This document shows positions 9,433-17,397 of a stretch of DNA of 64,000 nucleotides, in pieces. The translations under genes were made by a program, and so were the position numbers. A model generated the notes under the pieces. It ran no database searches. It had not been told where the DNA came from and was given only the letters and a program-made list of their open reading frames with translations. Numbering within the stretch: the first letter of the stretch is position 1; each line of letters opens with the position of its first letter. This DNA comes from Desulfatiglandales bacterium (GTDB lineage Bacteria > Desulfobacterota > DSM-4660 > Desulfatiglandales > HGW-15): positions 512,001 to 576,000 of the forward strand of contig CAXXJJ010000001.1 in NCBI GenBank assembly GCA_963667015.2, given 5' to 3'.

Positions 9433-9798
9433 TTAAAAAGGTATATCATCATATTCAGGATTAGAGTCCGGAACATGCTCAATTGTTTCTTTAGCTTTTT
9501 CCTGCATTTTGCGTTCTTTTCTTTCCGCATTTTTTTGTTTTTTTAATTTTACATGTTGCTCAATAGATAATGAGTTTTTTAGCGGTTCCTTTTTAAAATG
9601 TTTGAAATATAGTTCTTCAATATATTCCGGAAGTGGTAATTTCCAAGGTTCCTGTTTATGATTTGCCAGCTTCCCAAATTTTTTTGGATTTAAACCTAAT
9701 TCCCTCGCCATCCTAATATGATCATGAGAAAGGTGAAACCGTTTTCTTGCATCAATCCATACTTGATATTTTGGTGATAAATTCTTTTTCTTTGCCAT
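9433..9798 (-). CDS. Basic hypothetical cassette protein ending in DDIPF
   Basis: Intact 121-aa ORF inside the cassette. Confidence 0.8.
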   Translation of the reverse strand: MAKKKNLSPKYQVWIDARKRFHLSHDHIRMARELGLNPKKFGKLANHKQEPWKLPLPEYIEELYFKHFKKEPLKNSLSIEQHVKLKKQKNAERKERKMQEKAKETIEHVPDSNPEYDDIPF

Positions 9799-9818
9799 TT
9801 TATCCTGATTCTATTGAC

Positions 9819-9950
9819 AGCCAACGTGTGCATTACGGGCCGTGCGGTGCAGACCAACTTACCTTTTTAAAGGTGCGATGACACTGAGTTGGCAGATAGT
9901 TTAAAAAAAGCGAAAAAATAGCACGGTCCTTGTAGATGCAATGGTTGGCT
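9819..9950 (-). other. attC site (132 bp)
   Basis: AGCCAAC...GTTGGCT. Confidence 0.85.
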
Positions 9951-10233
9951 GCCGCCAACCTGTTTAGTTTATTTTTGACTGCTTACTTTCAATTACTGAT
10001 TTTTAAAGATTTGATGCTTTTTGAATACTATGTTTATTGATTTTTCTTTTTTATGCTTTTTCAATTTTCTTTTCAAAAGAATTTTCGGGGAGCAAAAGAC
10101 TTCCGGATTTAGTTATTTGCTTTTGTTCATTAAAATATTTATGAAGAATGCTCACGTTTTTGAGTTACATGTTTTTGCAACTTCACTTCCGATTTCACCG
10201 GGATATTTTTATTATGCACTATTCAACTGCCAA
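9944..10233 (-). repeat. Gene-less cassette family B, copy 1
   Basis: Similar to 12162-12418, 14993-15268 and 15390-15665; no conserved ORF. Confidence 0.8.
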
Positions 10234-10360
10234 CGTTTGCATTACAGGCCGGGCGGTGCAAATCGATTTACTTTGTTAAATACTCGAATGTTGATAGTTT
10301 GCAGACAGTTAAAAAAAAGCGTAAAAAATAGCCCGGTCGTAGTAGATGCGATTGTTAAAT
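10228..10360 (-). other. attC site (133 bp)
   Basis: TGCCAAC...GTTAAAT. Confidence 0.85.
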
Positions 10361-10705
10361 TTTATAATTTTGCACTAGTTCTCTTACCTTTGGTTTGAGA
10401 AGTATTTGTTTTTGTCTACTAACTACTGATGCCCAAAGAACTCCTATAATAGGGCTAGCTAGAAGAAGCCGATTTGTCTTTAATTCAAATAATGATGATA
10501 TTAAGCATAGGATAAAAAAAACAATTGTAACAATCAAAACTAAAACTAAAAGTGGTATTGGTGTTCTCCAAAAGAGAGATGAATTCTCTTTATCAAATAT
10601 TTCATGTCTGGCTTTTTCTATGATTTTAAGTTGGACATCATATGGAAACCCTTTTAATTCAGGGTAGGCTTTTTCAATATTATTTTTCCACGTTGACCTG
10701 AACAT
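10355..10705 (-). CDS. Small membrane protein (cassette, 116 aa)
   Basis: AAGGAG RBS before MFRSTW; two hydrophobic segments; stop codon inside the attC core. Confidence 0.75.
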   Translation of the reverse strand: MFRSTWKNNIEKAYPELKGFPYDVQLKIIEKARHEIFDKENSSLFWRTPIPLLVLVLIVTIVFFILCLISSLFELKTNRLLLASPIIGVLWASVVSRQKQILLKPKVRELVQNYKI

Positions 10706-10720
10706 GACCTCTCCTTGAAA

Positions 10721-10786
10721 ATTTAACGGTGCTGATAACCGGTTTGGCAAGCTTTTCGCCAAATCCGGTTGATTAGCGGGTTATGG
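10721..10786 (-). other. attC site (66 bp)
   Basis: ATTTAAC...GTTATGG. Confidence 0.85.
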
Positions 10787-11239
10787 GTTTTCTTTGTCAC
10801 GTTTTATGTCCTGGATTATCTTTTCAATATATTTACGATCACTTTCAGGCATTTCCATTTCTATTGTTACCTTTCGAAATTTGGGTTCATTATGAATTAC
10901 TTTATCTTTACTCAAAGCGACTTGAACATTTTTGTCTGAACCATCTTTACAGAACTCAACTTTTGCAGAATATCCATAAATGCCTATTGGACCGATTTTC
11001 CCCCAATGCCATTTGGAGTCAATAAATTCAGCTTTATATGATTCAGGTTTAAATGGTGAGTGACCAAAATCTTTTTGACATTTCTCATTGGCGAGGTTAG
11101 CAGCATGTTTTGCTGCCTGCTCTTGGGAAATGATTTGACTCTCATTTTTTGCGTTATTATTCTTGAGAGCACATGAAGTAAAAGCTATGGATAGAATTAT
11201 TGTTACTATAAAAACAAACATTTTATTTTTACGAACCAT
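10781..11239 (-). CDS. Putative lipoprotein (cassette)
   Basis: Signal peptide with FTSC lipobox; GGAGG RBS. Confidence 0.75.
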   Translation of the reverse strand: MVRKNKMFVFIVTIILSIAFTSCALKNNNAKNESQIISQEQAAKHAANLANEKCQKDFGHSPFKPESYKAEFIDSKWHWGKIGPIGIYGYSAKVEFCKDGSDKNVQVALSKDKVIHNEPKFRKVTIEMEMPESDRKYIEKIIQDIKRDKENP

Positions 11240-11260
11240 AATTTACCTCCTGAATTAAAC

Positions 11261-11348
11261 CCATAACGGCCAGCTCACAAGCCACGCCGAGATGCTCAGC
11301 AAAAATTGAAAGAAGCCCCTCGTGGTCTTGTGAAGCGACAGGTTAAAA
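11261..11348 (-). other. attC site (88 bp)
   Basis: CCATAAC...GTTAAAA. Confidence 0.85.
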
Positions 11349-11587
11349 GCCGATTTTGCCCGCTATTTACCGACCTTGTATTTTTGATAACCAGTTATTA
11401 TTACAACAATATTTTGATTCTTATTTTCTATTTACAACTTTTGGCAAGATTGCCAATTTTTGTAAATAGACATCAATTCAGCCCGGAATTTTATTTTTAT
11501 ACTGCTATTTGGGGATTTGGGAAATATTTCCTACTTCCCCAAATACCGTAAATGATGCTTTCTTCATTATAGCCTTTCAGCTTTTAA
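11342..11587 (-). repeat. Gene-less cassette family A, copy 2
   Basis: Near-identical core to 1070-1305. Confidence 0.8.
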
Positions 11588-11669
11588 CGGCCAGCTCACA
11601 AGCCCCGCCGTGATGTTGCGCGAAAAACAAAAGAGACCCTCCGGGGTCTTGTGGAGCGACAGGTTAAGT
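11582..11669 (-). other. attC site (88 bp)
   Basis: TTTTAAC...GTTAAGT. Confidence 0.85.
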
Positions 11670-11687
11670 TTTTGTTAAAGCACTTTC

Positions 11688-12014
11688 CTAAATAAAATTA
11701 ACAAAGTGTGTCTTTAAGTCATTTTTTTTAATGTATTTTAAATATTTATAGGACACTATTCCCATCGGAAGTGTCGGTAGCATTAGATACAATAATGATT
11801 TGAATATATAGTATCCCCATACAGTTTTACGCAATATGCCAATTACAATTAAGATGTAGTATAGCGAGACTATTGTAACAAACCATATAAATTCCTGCTC
11901 TCCTTGTTCAATAAATATATAAGCAAAAAATATTATTCCTGTTACCGATAGAATGAGCAACACAATGCCAAATAATTTTATGGGTTGATAAATGCTGGTG
12001 TCGTAATCTTTCAT
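11688..12014 (-). CDS. Small membrane protein (cassette)
   Basis: Three hydrophobic segments; fills the cassette. Confidence 0.75.
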   Translation of the reverse strand: MKDYDTSIYQPIKLFGIVLLILSVTGIIFFAYIFIEQGEQEFIWFVTIVSLYYILIVIGILRKTVWGYYIFKSLLYLMLPTLPMGIVSYKYLKYIKKNDLKTHFVNFI

Positions 12015-12039
12015 TGCAGTATGTACTTTATCCTTTTAA

Positions 12040-12168
12040 ACTTAACGACCACACTAACAGGCAGGCGGGGCAAACCTTTGAAGGTTATTGCTAGAAATAA
12101 CTTCGTGAACCTTTATGGTTCGATTTGGCAAGAAAAACAGCCTGTCCTTGTTTAGTGTTTTGTTGGCT
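12040..12168 (-). other. attC site (129 bp)
   Basis: ACTTAAC...GTTGGCT. Confidence 0.85.
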
Positions 12169-12418
12169 GCCGCCAACCTGTTTAGTTTGTTTTTAACTGC
12201 TTACTTTCAATTGCTGATTTTTAAAGATTTGATGCTTTTGAATACTATGTTTTTATATTGTTTTGATTTTAATTTCAAAGATTTTCCGGGGAATGGATTT
12301 CCTTTATTTTGTTACCTTTTTATTTTCAGATCAATTCTCGCGCCCTTGAGTCACTTGTTATTTGCAACTTCGCTTCCGATTCTGCCGTGATTCTTTTTTC
12401 TGCTCTATTGACAGCCAA
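12162..12418 (-). repeat. Gene-less cassette family B, copy 2
   Basis: Similarity to the other B copies. Confidence 0.8.
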
Positions 12419-12540
12419 CGCCCACAATAAGGGGCTGGCGTATTTATGGCAACCAATGTCATGCAAGTAGAAATGTTCCGAAGCCTAAGAACTCTGCCCG
12501 GCAAGATAGTAGCCAGTCGCACTTAATTGTGATGTTAGCC
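12413..12540 (-). other. attC site (128 bp)
   Basis: AGCCAAC...GTTAGCC. Confidence 0.85.
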
Positions 12541-12605
12541 CATCAAATATTTTTTTTACCCGAAAGTTCCTGTAAACGATCATGATATTCGACAAGCAAT
12601 TTATT

Positions 12606-12899
12606 TTATTGATTGTCTATAGCAAAACCCTGAATAAATTTCGCAATGCAAATACCGCCCAAAATACCAAATGTAGCGCAGGTAAAACTGAGAGAAAAAC
12701 CTGCAATGAAGCCAGCGGTTATTTGCTCAAGGCCAAGTTGATCTAATTTTTTAATTAATATTGAAAGTGCGTAGAAGCAAACCCCCAGAAAAATACTTCC
12801 TAAAACTAAAACAATCCATCGTATTTCAGTTTCTTTCTGCAACTGTTTCCGAGCAGTTTCAATTATTTCTTCTTCAATATTTTTAATTTTATCATTCAT
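12606..12899 (-). CDS. Membrane protein (cassette), possibly C-terminally degenerate
   Basis: Two hydrophobic segments; a coding-looking tail LLVEYHDRLQELSGKKNI* continues in another frame up to the attC. Confidence 0.65.
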   Translation of the reverse strand: MNDKIKNIEEEIIETARKQLQKETEIRWIVLVLGSIFLGVCFYALSILIKKLDQLGLEQITAGFIAGFSLSFTCATFGILGGICIAKFIQGFAIDNQ

Positions 12900-12908
12900 A
12901 TTTCTGAG

Positions 12909-13037
12909 GGCTAACGAAAAGTTAAGGAGCCCGGCGGTTTAATGGCGACTGGCCTCATGCTCCTAAGATAGTTGTTAATATTGACTCTGCTCGCCCGGCG
13001 ATATAGTAGCCGGGTCCCCTTGAACGCCAGGTTAAAA
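12909..13037 (-). other. attC site (129 bp)
   Basis: GGCTAAC...GTTAAAA. Confidence 0.85.
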
Positions 13038-13275
13038 GCCGATTTTGCCCGCTATTTACCGACTTTGTATTTTTGATAACCAGTTATTATTACAACAATA
13101 TTTTGATTCTTATTTTCTATTTACAACTTTTGGCAAGATTGCCAATTTTTGTAAATAGACATCAATTCAGCCCGGAATTTTATTTTTGATACTGCCATTT
13201 GGGGATTCAGGAAATATTTCCTATTTCCCCAAATACCTTAAATTACCTTCTTTATTATGTCCTTTAAGCTTTTAA
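13031..13275 (-). repeat. Gene-less cassette family A, copy 3
   Basis: Near-identical core to copies 1 and 2 but carries a different attC. Confidence 0.8.
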
Positions 13276-13399
13276 CGGCGACGATAAGGAGCTTGCGGTT
13301 TAATGGTGCCGATGGTCGATAAAGTATGAAGACCGTTGATACTGTTGAATTTCAATCGGCAAGAAAAACTAGCAAGTCACCTTGATTGCCTGGTTATTT
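13270..13399 (-). other. attC site (130 bp)
   Basis: TTTTAAC...GTTATTT. Confidence 0.85.
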
Positions 13400-13418
13400 G
13401 CTGTGATATAATACCAGC

Positions 13419-13631
13419 TTATTCATAAAATATTGAGACAACAACTTTAGGCGCAGCAATACTGCCACCAGACATAGATTGTTTTATATCATGGATTTTA
13501 ATATTTGGTTTTTGTGCAAGCCATTCATGTATTTCATTTTCCAATTCGGTATGGAGCGGTTCACTTAATCGTCTTTTTGCAAAACCTGTAACTTTTCCAT
13601 AAAGGATTGTAGAAAACATCTTAATTTTCAT
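13419..13631 (-). CDS. Small hypothetical cassette protein (70 aa)
   Basis: AAGGAGG RBS; LENEIHEWL...IKQS pattern. Confidence 0.75.
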   Translation of the reverse strand: MKIKMFSTILYGKVTGFAKRRLSEPLHTELENEIHEWLAQKPNIKIHDIKQSMSGGSIAAPKVVVSIFYE

Positions 13632-13687
13632 TATTTTTATTCCTCCTTAACTGTTCACAGCAAGAAAAAGTGATATACCTTAAATAC

Positions 13688-13820
13688 AAATAACGAAAAG
13701 CATTACAGGCCGGCGGTGCAGGCCAACTTACCATGTTAAATGCACGAAGGTTTATGGTTGGCAGATAGTTTAAAAAAAGCGAAAAAAATAGCACGGTCCT
13801 TGTAGATGCAATGGTTGGCT
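13688..13820 (-). other. attC site (133 bp)
   Basis: AAATAAC...GTTGGCT. Confidence 0.85.
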
Positions 13821-13860
13821 GCCGCCAACCTGTTTAGTTTGTTTTTGTCTGCTTACTTTA

Positions 13861-14058
13861 TTATGAGATTTCTTTTTTAGGATTTATAACAAAATAACAA
13901 ATGGGTCCAACAATTGGAGTCCATGTGAAAAAAGCCGCCCATAAAACTTTTGAGATATTATCAATTTCTTTTTTACTTAAACTTATAACTGCTATAACCC
14001 ATAAAATAAACCCAATGATTATTAATAGTGCAGGCATACGGAGTCCAAGTCCGAACAT
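13861..14058 (-). CDS. PLDc N-terminal-like small membrane protein (65 aa)
   Basis: LW.IA.I......KVLW......PIVGPICYF pattern; AAGGAG RBS. Confidence 0.8.
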   Translation of the reverse strand: MFGLGLRMPALLIIIGFILWVIAVISLSKKEIDNISKVLWAAFFTWTPIVGPICYFVINPKKEIS

Positions 14059-14113
14059 ATTATGATTCTCCTTTCGAGCATGATTATCTGTCAATGAATC
14101 TTAAATATTTGAA

Positions 14114-14241
14114 AGCCAACGCCTAAATAACAGGCATGCGGTGCCTGCCTTTGAAGATTATTTAATGTATTATATTTTGCGAACCACGAAAGCCCGATTC
14201 GGCAAGATAATAGCATGTCCTTGTTGATTTAAATGTTATCT
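14114..14241 (-). other. attC site (128 bp)
   Basis: AGCCAAC...GTTATCT. Confidence 0.85.
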
Positions 14242-14847
14242 TTAATTTACTTTAAAAACGGGATTATCCGCGTCTGTCATTGCGATTTTAATATCTAAAA
14301 CTTCGCCAAAGGATGTTTTGTAGATTTCTTTAATTGAGTTTTCAATATCAATATAATTTTGAGGGACAAAGTCATGCCAAGCTATGGCCACATGACCTTC
14401 TTTGTTCCTAAACACTTTTGATATTTTTAATCCATTGAGAATAATATTTATATCCTGATATCCTTGTTCAACTATGGTCAATTTCCCAATCAATTGGTTT
14501 AAACTAAGAGTATCATCGTCTTTGAAGTCTTGACGATTTATGTTAGCTAATTGAAAAGGATATTGATTTGGATTAATAGTGCCAGGCTTTGGTTTGTTTA
14601 TGCAATACCCATTTTTTAAATATACTGCTTTTAAAAGTAATTCAGAACCAATACCAATGTACAATCTTTTAGATGTGTTCCGTCTTAAAAGTTTATATTG
14701 TTCGGGGCCAAATTTAATATCTTTAGTCAATAAGAATGCAGAAGTTTCAAAAAAATAATCGGCAGCTTTCTTAAATGTTGTCCAATCACATTCTTCGAAA
14801 AATTTAGCAAATTGATTTTTTATTTCTCTCTCTATTGAAATTGGCAT
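14242..14847 (-). CDS. Cassette protein with HEPN-like motif
   Basis: GIGSELLLKA plus FRNKEGH (RNxxxH). Confidence 0.65.
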   Translation of the reverse strand: MPISIEREIKNQFAKFFEECDWTTFKKAADYFFETSAFLLTKDIKFGPEQYKLLRRNTSKRLYIGIGSELLLKAVYLKNGYCINKPKPGTINPNQYPFQLANINRQDFKDDDTLSLNQLIGKLTIVEQGYQDINIILNGLKISKVFRNKEGHVAIAWHDFVPQNYIDIENSIKEIYKTSFGEVLDIKIAMTDADNPVFKVN

Positions 14848-14865
14848 AATTATAGTTCTCCTAAA

Positions 14866-14999
14866 AGATAACGAAAAGCATTACAGGCCGGGCAGTGCAA
14901 ACCTACTTGCCATATTAAATGCAAGAAAGTTCATGGATGGCAGATAGTTTAAAAAAGGCGAAAAAAATAGCACGGTCCTTGTAGATGCAATGGTTGGCT
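14866..14999 (-). other. attC site (134 bp)
   Basis: AGATAAC...GTTGGCT. Confidence 0.85.
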
Positions 15000-15268
15000 G
15001 CCGCCAACCTGTTTAGTTTGTTTTTGACTGCTTACTTTCAATTACTGTTTTTTAAAGATTTGATGCTTTTTGAATACTATGTTTTTTGATTATTCTTTTT
15101 ATATTGTTCTGAATTATTTTTCAAAGAATTTCCGAGGAATGGATTTCCTTGATATTTTTTTACCTTCTTATTTCCAGATCAATTCTCGCGCCCTTGAGTT
15201 ACATGTTATTGGCAACTTTATTTCCGATTTCCCTGTAATTTCATTCTTTCTACTTTCAAGCACGCCAA
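14993..15268 (-). repeat. Gene-less cassette family B, copy 3
   Basis: Similarity to the other B copies. Confidence 0.8.
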
Positions 15269-15396
15269 CGAAAAGCATTACAGGCCGTGCGGTGCAAACC
15301 TACTTGCCATTTTAAATGCACTAAAGTTTATGGCTGGCAGATAGATTAAAAAAGGCGAAAAAAATAGCACGGTCCTTGTAGATGCACTGGTTGGCT
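15263..15396 (-). other. attC site (134 bp)
   Basis: CGCCAAC...GTTGGCT. Confidence 0.85.
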
Positions 15397-15665
15397 GCCG
15401 CCAACCTGTTTAGTTTGTTTTTGACTGCTTACTTTCAATTACTGATTTTTAAAGATTTGATGCTTTTTGAATACTATATTTTTTGATTCTTCTTTTTATA
15501 TTGTTCTGAATTATTTTTCAAAAGAATTTCCGGGGAATGGATTTCCTTTGTTTTTTTGTTACTTTTTTATTTTAGATCAATTCTCGCGCCCTTGAGTTAC
15601 ATGTAATTGCAACTTCATTTCCGTTTCCAGTGAAATTCCCTTTGCTCTATTCTATTGACAGCCAA
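15390..15665 (-). repeat. Gene-less cassette family B, copy 4 (first position in the array)
   Basis: Abuts the putative attI. Confidence 0.8.
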
Positions 15666-15700
15666 CATAGGAGTACCGGGCCCATTTTCCCATATCCGCT
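15660..15700 (-). other. Putative attI site
   Basis: Last G/TTGGCT core with no attC palindrome upstream; followed by a non-coding stretch and the divergent intI stub; extent approximate. Confidence 0.65.
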
Positions 15701-16101
15701 CTTTGAAAATTGCCCGAAAATACTCGTTAATAATTATAAATTCAATAATTTATCTTATTATTGGCTCCATATTGAAAGCGGAAAAACAGGCAACGCATAA
15801 TATAAAAACCAATATACTTAAAAACACAATAAAATCAATAATAACATTATAAATCAATAGGTTGTAAGAATATTACGTATGAGTGAAGATGGCCCTGGTC
15901 TATATGGACAAATTTTCCTGTATCAGGGTTCTTGTATTTTTTATTATTTGCTATATGGCTGATATTACACAAATATCTAAATATATCAGCCATATTGGAA
16001 AACAAAAATACGGAAAAAGTTGATAAAAATAAACAAGTAGTTTATTATCTGGCAATTCAAGCTTCTCATAAATAAAGCCAGGAAAAAAGCATTTAAAACT
16101 A

Positions 16102-16197
16102 CTGGATTCCCTGTTCGGAGCCGGGAATGACGTTCGTTGCATGGATTTCCTGATCCCCCGTAAACAACACGGGATCTTCGAGTAGTCGGGGAATGAT
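16102..16197. repeat. REP-like palindromes TGGATT(C/T)C...GGAATGA
   Basis: Two tandem copies here; relatives at 16621-16651, ~41930-41959 (reverse), ~52980-53037 and ~58635. Confidence 0.6.
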
Positions 16198-16294
16198 AAG
16201 AAGTATTTAATTCTATCGATTAAATGATCAGGCAATGGCTGTAAATCAACCATAATTATAAAATGATGTCAAAACAATTATAAGGAGGTTTATC

Positions 16295-16369
16295 ATGAAA
16301 CTTCTTGATCAGGTAAAACAGGTTATGAGGAAAAGGCAGGCTATTAGACTGAAGGCTGAAGGCTGTTAG
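16295..16369 (+). pseudogene. intI: Integron integrase N-terminal stub
   Basis: AAGGAGG RBS then MKLLDQVKQVMRKR, the typical IntI start, fused to CTGAAGG repeat sequence; divergent from the array. Confidence 0.65.
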
Positions 16370-16658
16370 GGTAAGAGATGTAAAAGCGAGAGAGGATAAC
16401 AGGCTGAAGACTGTTAGCCTGAAGGCTGTTAGGAGAAATAGAGGTCAGATGTCAGAGTTCGGTGCATCAGGAAACTTAAAATCTACGCAGAGCGTCAGAA
16501 GATAGCGTTCATACGGTGGGCCATTGGAACGAGGAAATACCGGGCTAAAGAAGCTGGTTAGCCGAAGGCTGGCAGGGAAAGAGGGCGAAAGATTTTTCGC
16601 CACTACGAAAGACAAAAAAACTGGATTCCGCGGTCGGGGCAGTGGAATGACGAATGAT

Positions 16659-17060
16659 TTACAGGGTTCGGCAGGTCCAGATAATGCGGCCTATTATGCG
16701 CATACTGTTTATGCCTTCACCTTCAACAACGATGGGTTCGTACTCTTTGTTATCACTCCTTAAAAGTATCTTCCCTGGGTGCTTTTCTATACGTTTTATC
16801 ATTATTGTATCATCTATGCCCACTGCGTAGACAAGGCCGGGTATTATGCTGTTCTGAGAGCTGTCGACAAGAACAGTGTCACCTGATTTCAACTCAGGCT
16901 CCATACTGTTTCCAAATACCTCCATTAATACCATTTTATCCGGCTGTCCCTTTCGTTTGAGCCATTCGCTCTGAAAGAGATATCTGTTGTTTGTTCCTTC
17001 ATCTGTTTCAAATGAGCCGTCACCCGCACACAGCCTTGCCTTCACCTTTGTGATGCCCAT
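16659..17060 (-). CDS. S24 peptidase (CI/LexA-like C-terminal domain), HTH missing, probably truncated
   Basis: CAGDG, GNSMEP, IKRI and SDNKEY motifs. Confidence 0.8.
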   Translation of the reverse strand: MGITKVKARLCAGDGSFETDEGTNNRYLFQSEWLKRKGQPDKMVLMEVFGNSMEPELKSGDTVLVDSSQNSIIPGLVYAVGIDDTIMIKRIEKHPGKILLRSDNKEYEPIVVEGEGINSMRIIGRIIWTCRTL

Positions 17061-17208
17061 GAATTCAGGCTGCGTCAGCCCTGTTTCCTTTCTTCTCCCT
17101 TTCCCAACCCCTTCAGTCAGTAGAGAGGAATCAGTTTATATCTTTATTTAACATGTTGATTATAAAATGCAACAATGGGTGAGTAAAGTCAAGATTTTGA
17201 TGTTCGCC

Positions 17209-17374
17209 CTGATCCACCATCAAAATGTCATCTGCTAAGGAAGACGGCAGCCAATCCTCCCTGAGTCGGACCTTTTATAAGCCTCAGCCGGCGCTCCTTC
17301 GGCGCCTTGTATCTGAAACTGATACCCAAAATCCACTGTTATTGTTGCCTAAGATAAATTTGGCGGTGGATTTT
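17209..17374 (+). repeat. MITE-like element
   Basis: Terminal IR ATCCACCATCAAA; inverted homologue at 53054-53227. Confidence 0.65.
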
Positions 17375-17397
17375 TTATATTAGAGGCGGGATGCTTA

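Larger units (their letters stand above)
1030..15666 (-). mobile_element. Integron cassette array (>=20 cassettes), integrase lost (CALIN-like)
   Basis: Regularly spaced imperfect palindromes bounded by ..AAC and GTT..; the 7-bp core sites at the two ends of each cassette are complementary or nearly so; cassette genes are all on the minus strand with stops near attC. Confidence 0.95.

Noticed and set aside
1030..15666. Repeats with unique intervening DNA read as a CRISPR array
   Set aside because: Repeats are 60-134 bp variable palindromes with GTT/AAC cores separated by gene-sized units; they are attC sites and no cas genes are present.
935..15852. Plus-strand ORFs 935-1243, 10021-10398, 11306-11551, 12115-12390, 15070-15315 and 15655-15852
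   Set aside because: They are antisense to the array, cross attC/attI/IS boundaries, are low-complexity or F/L/I-rich, and their ends differ between repeat copies.
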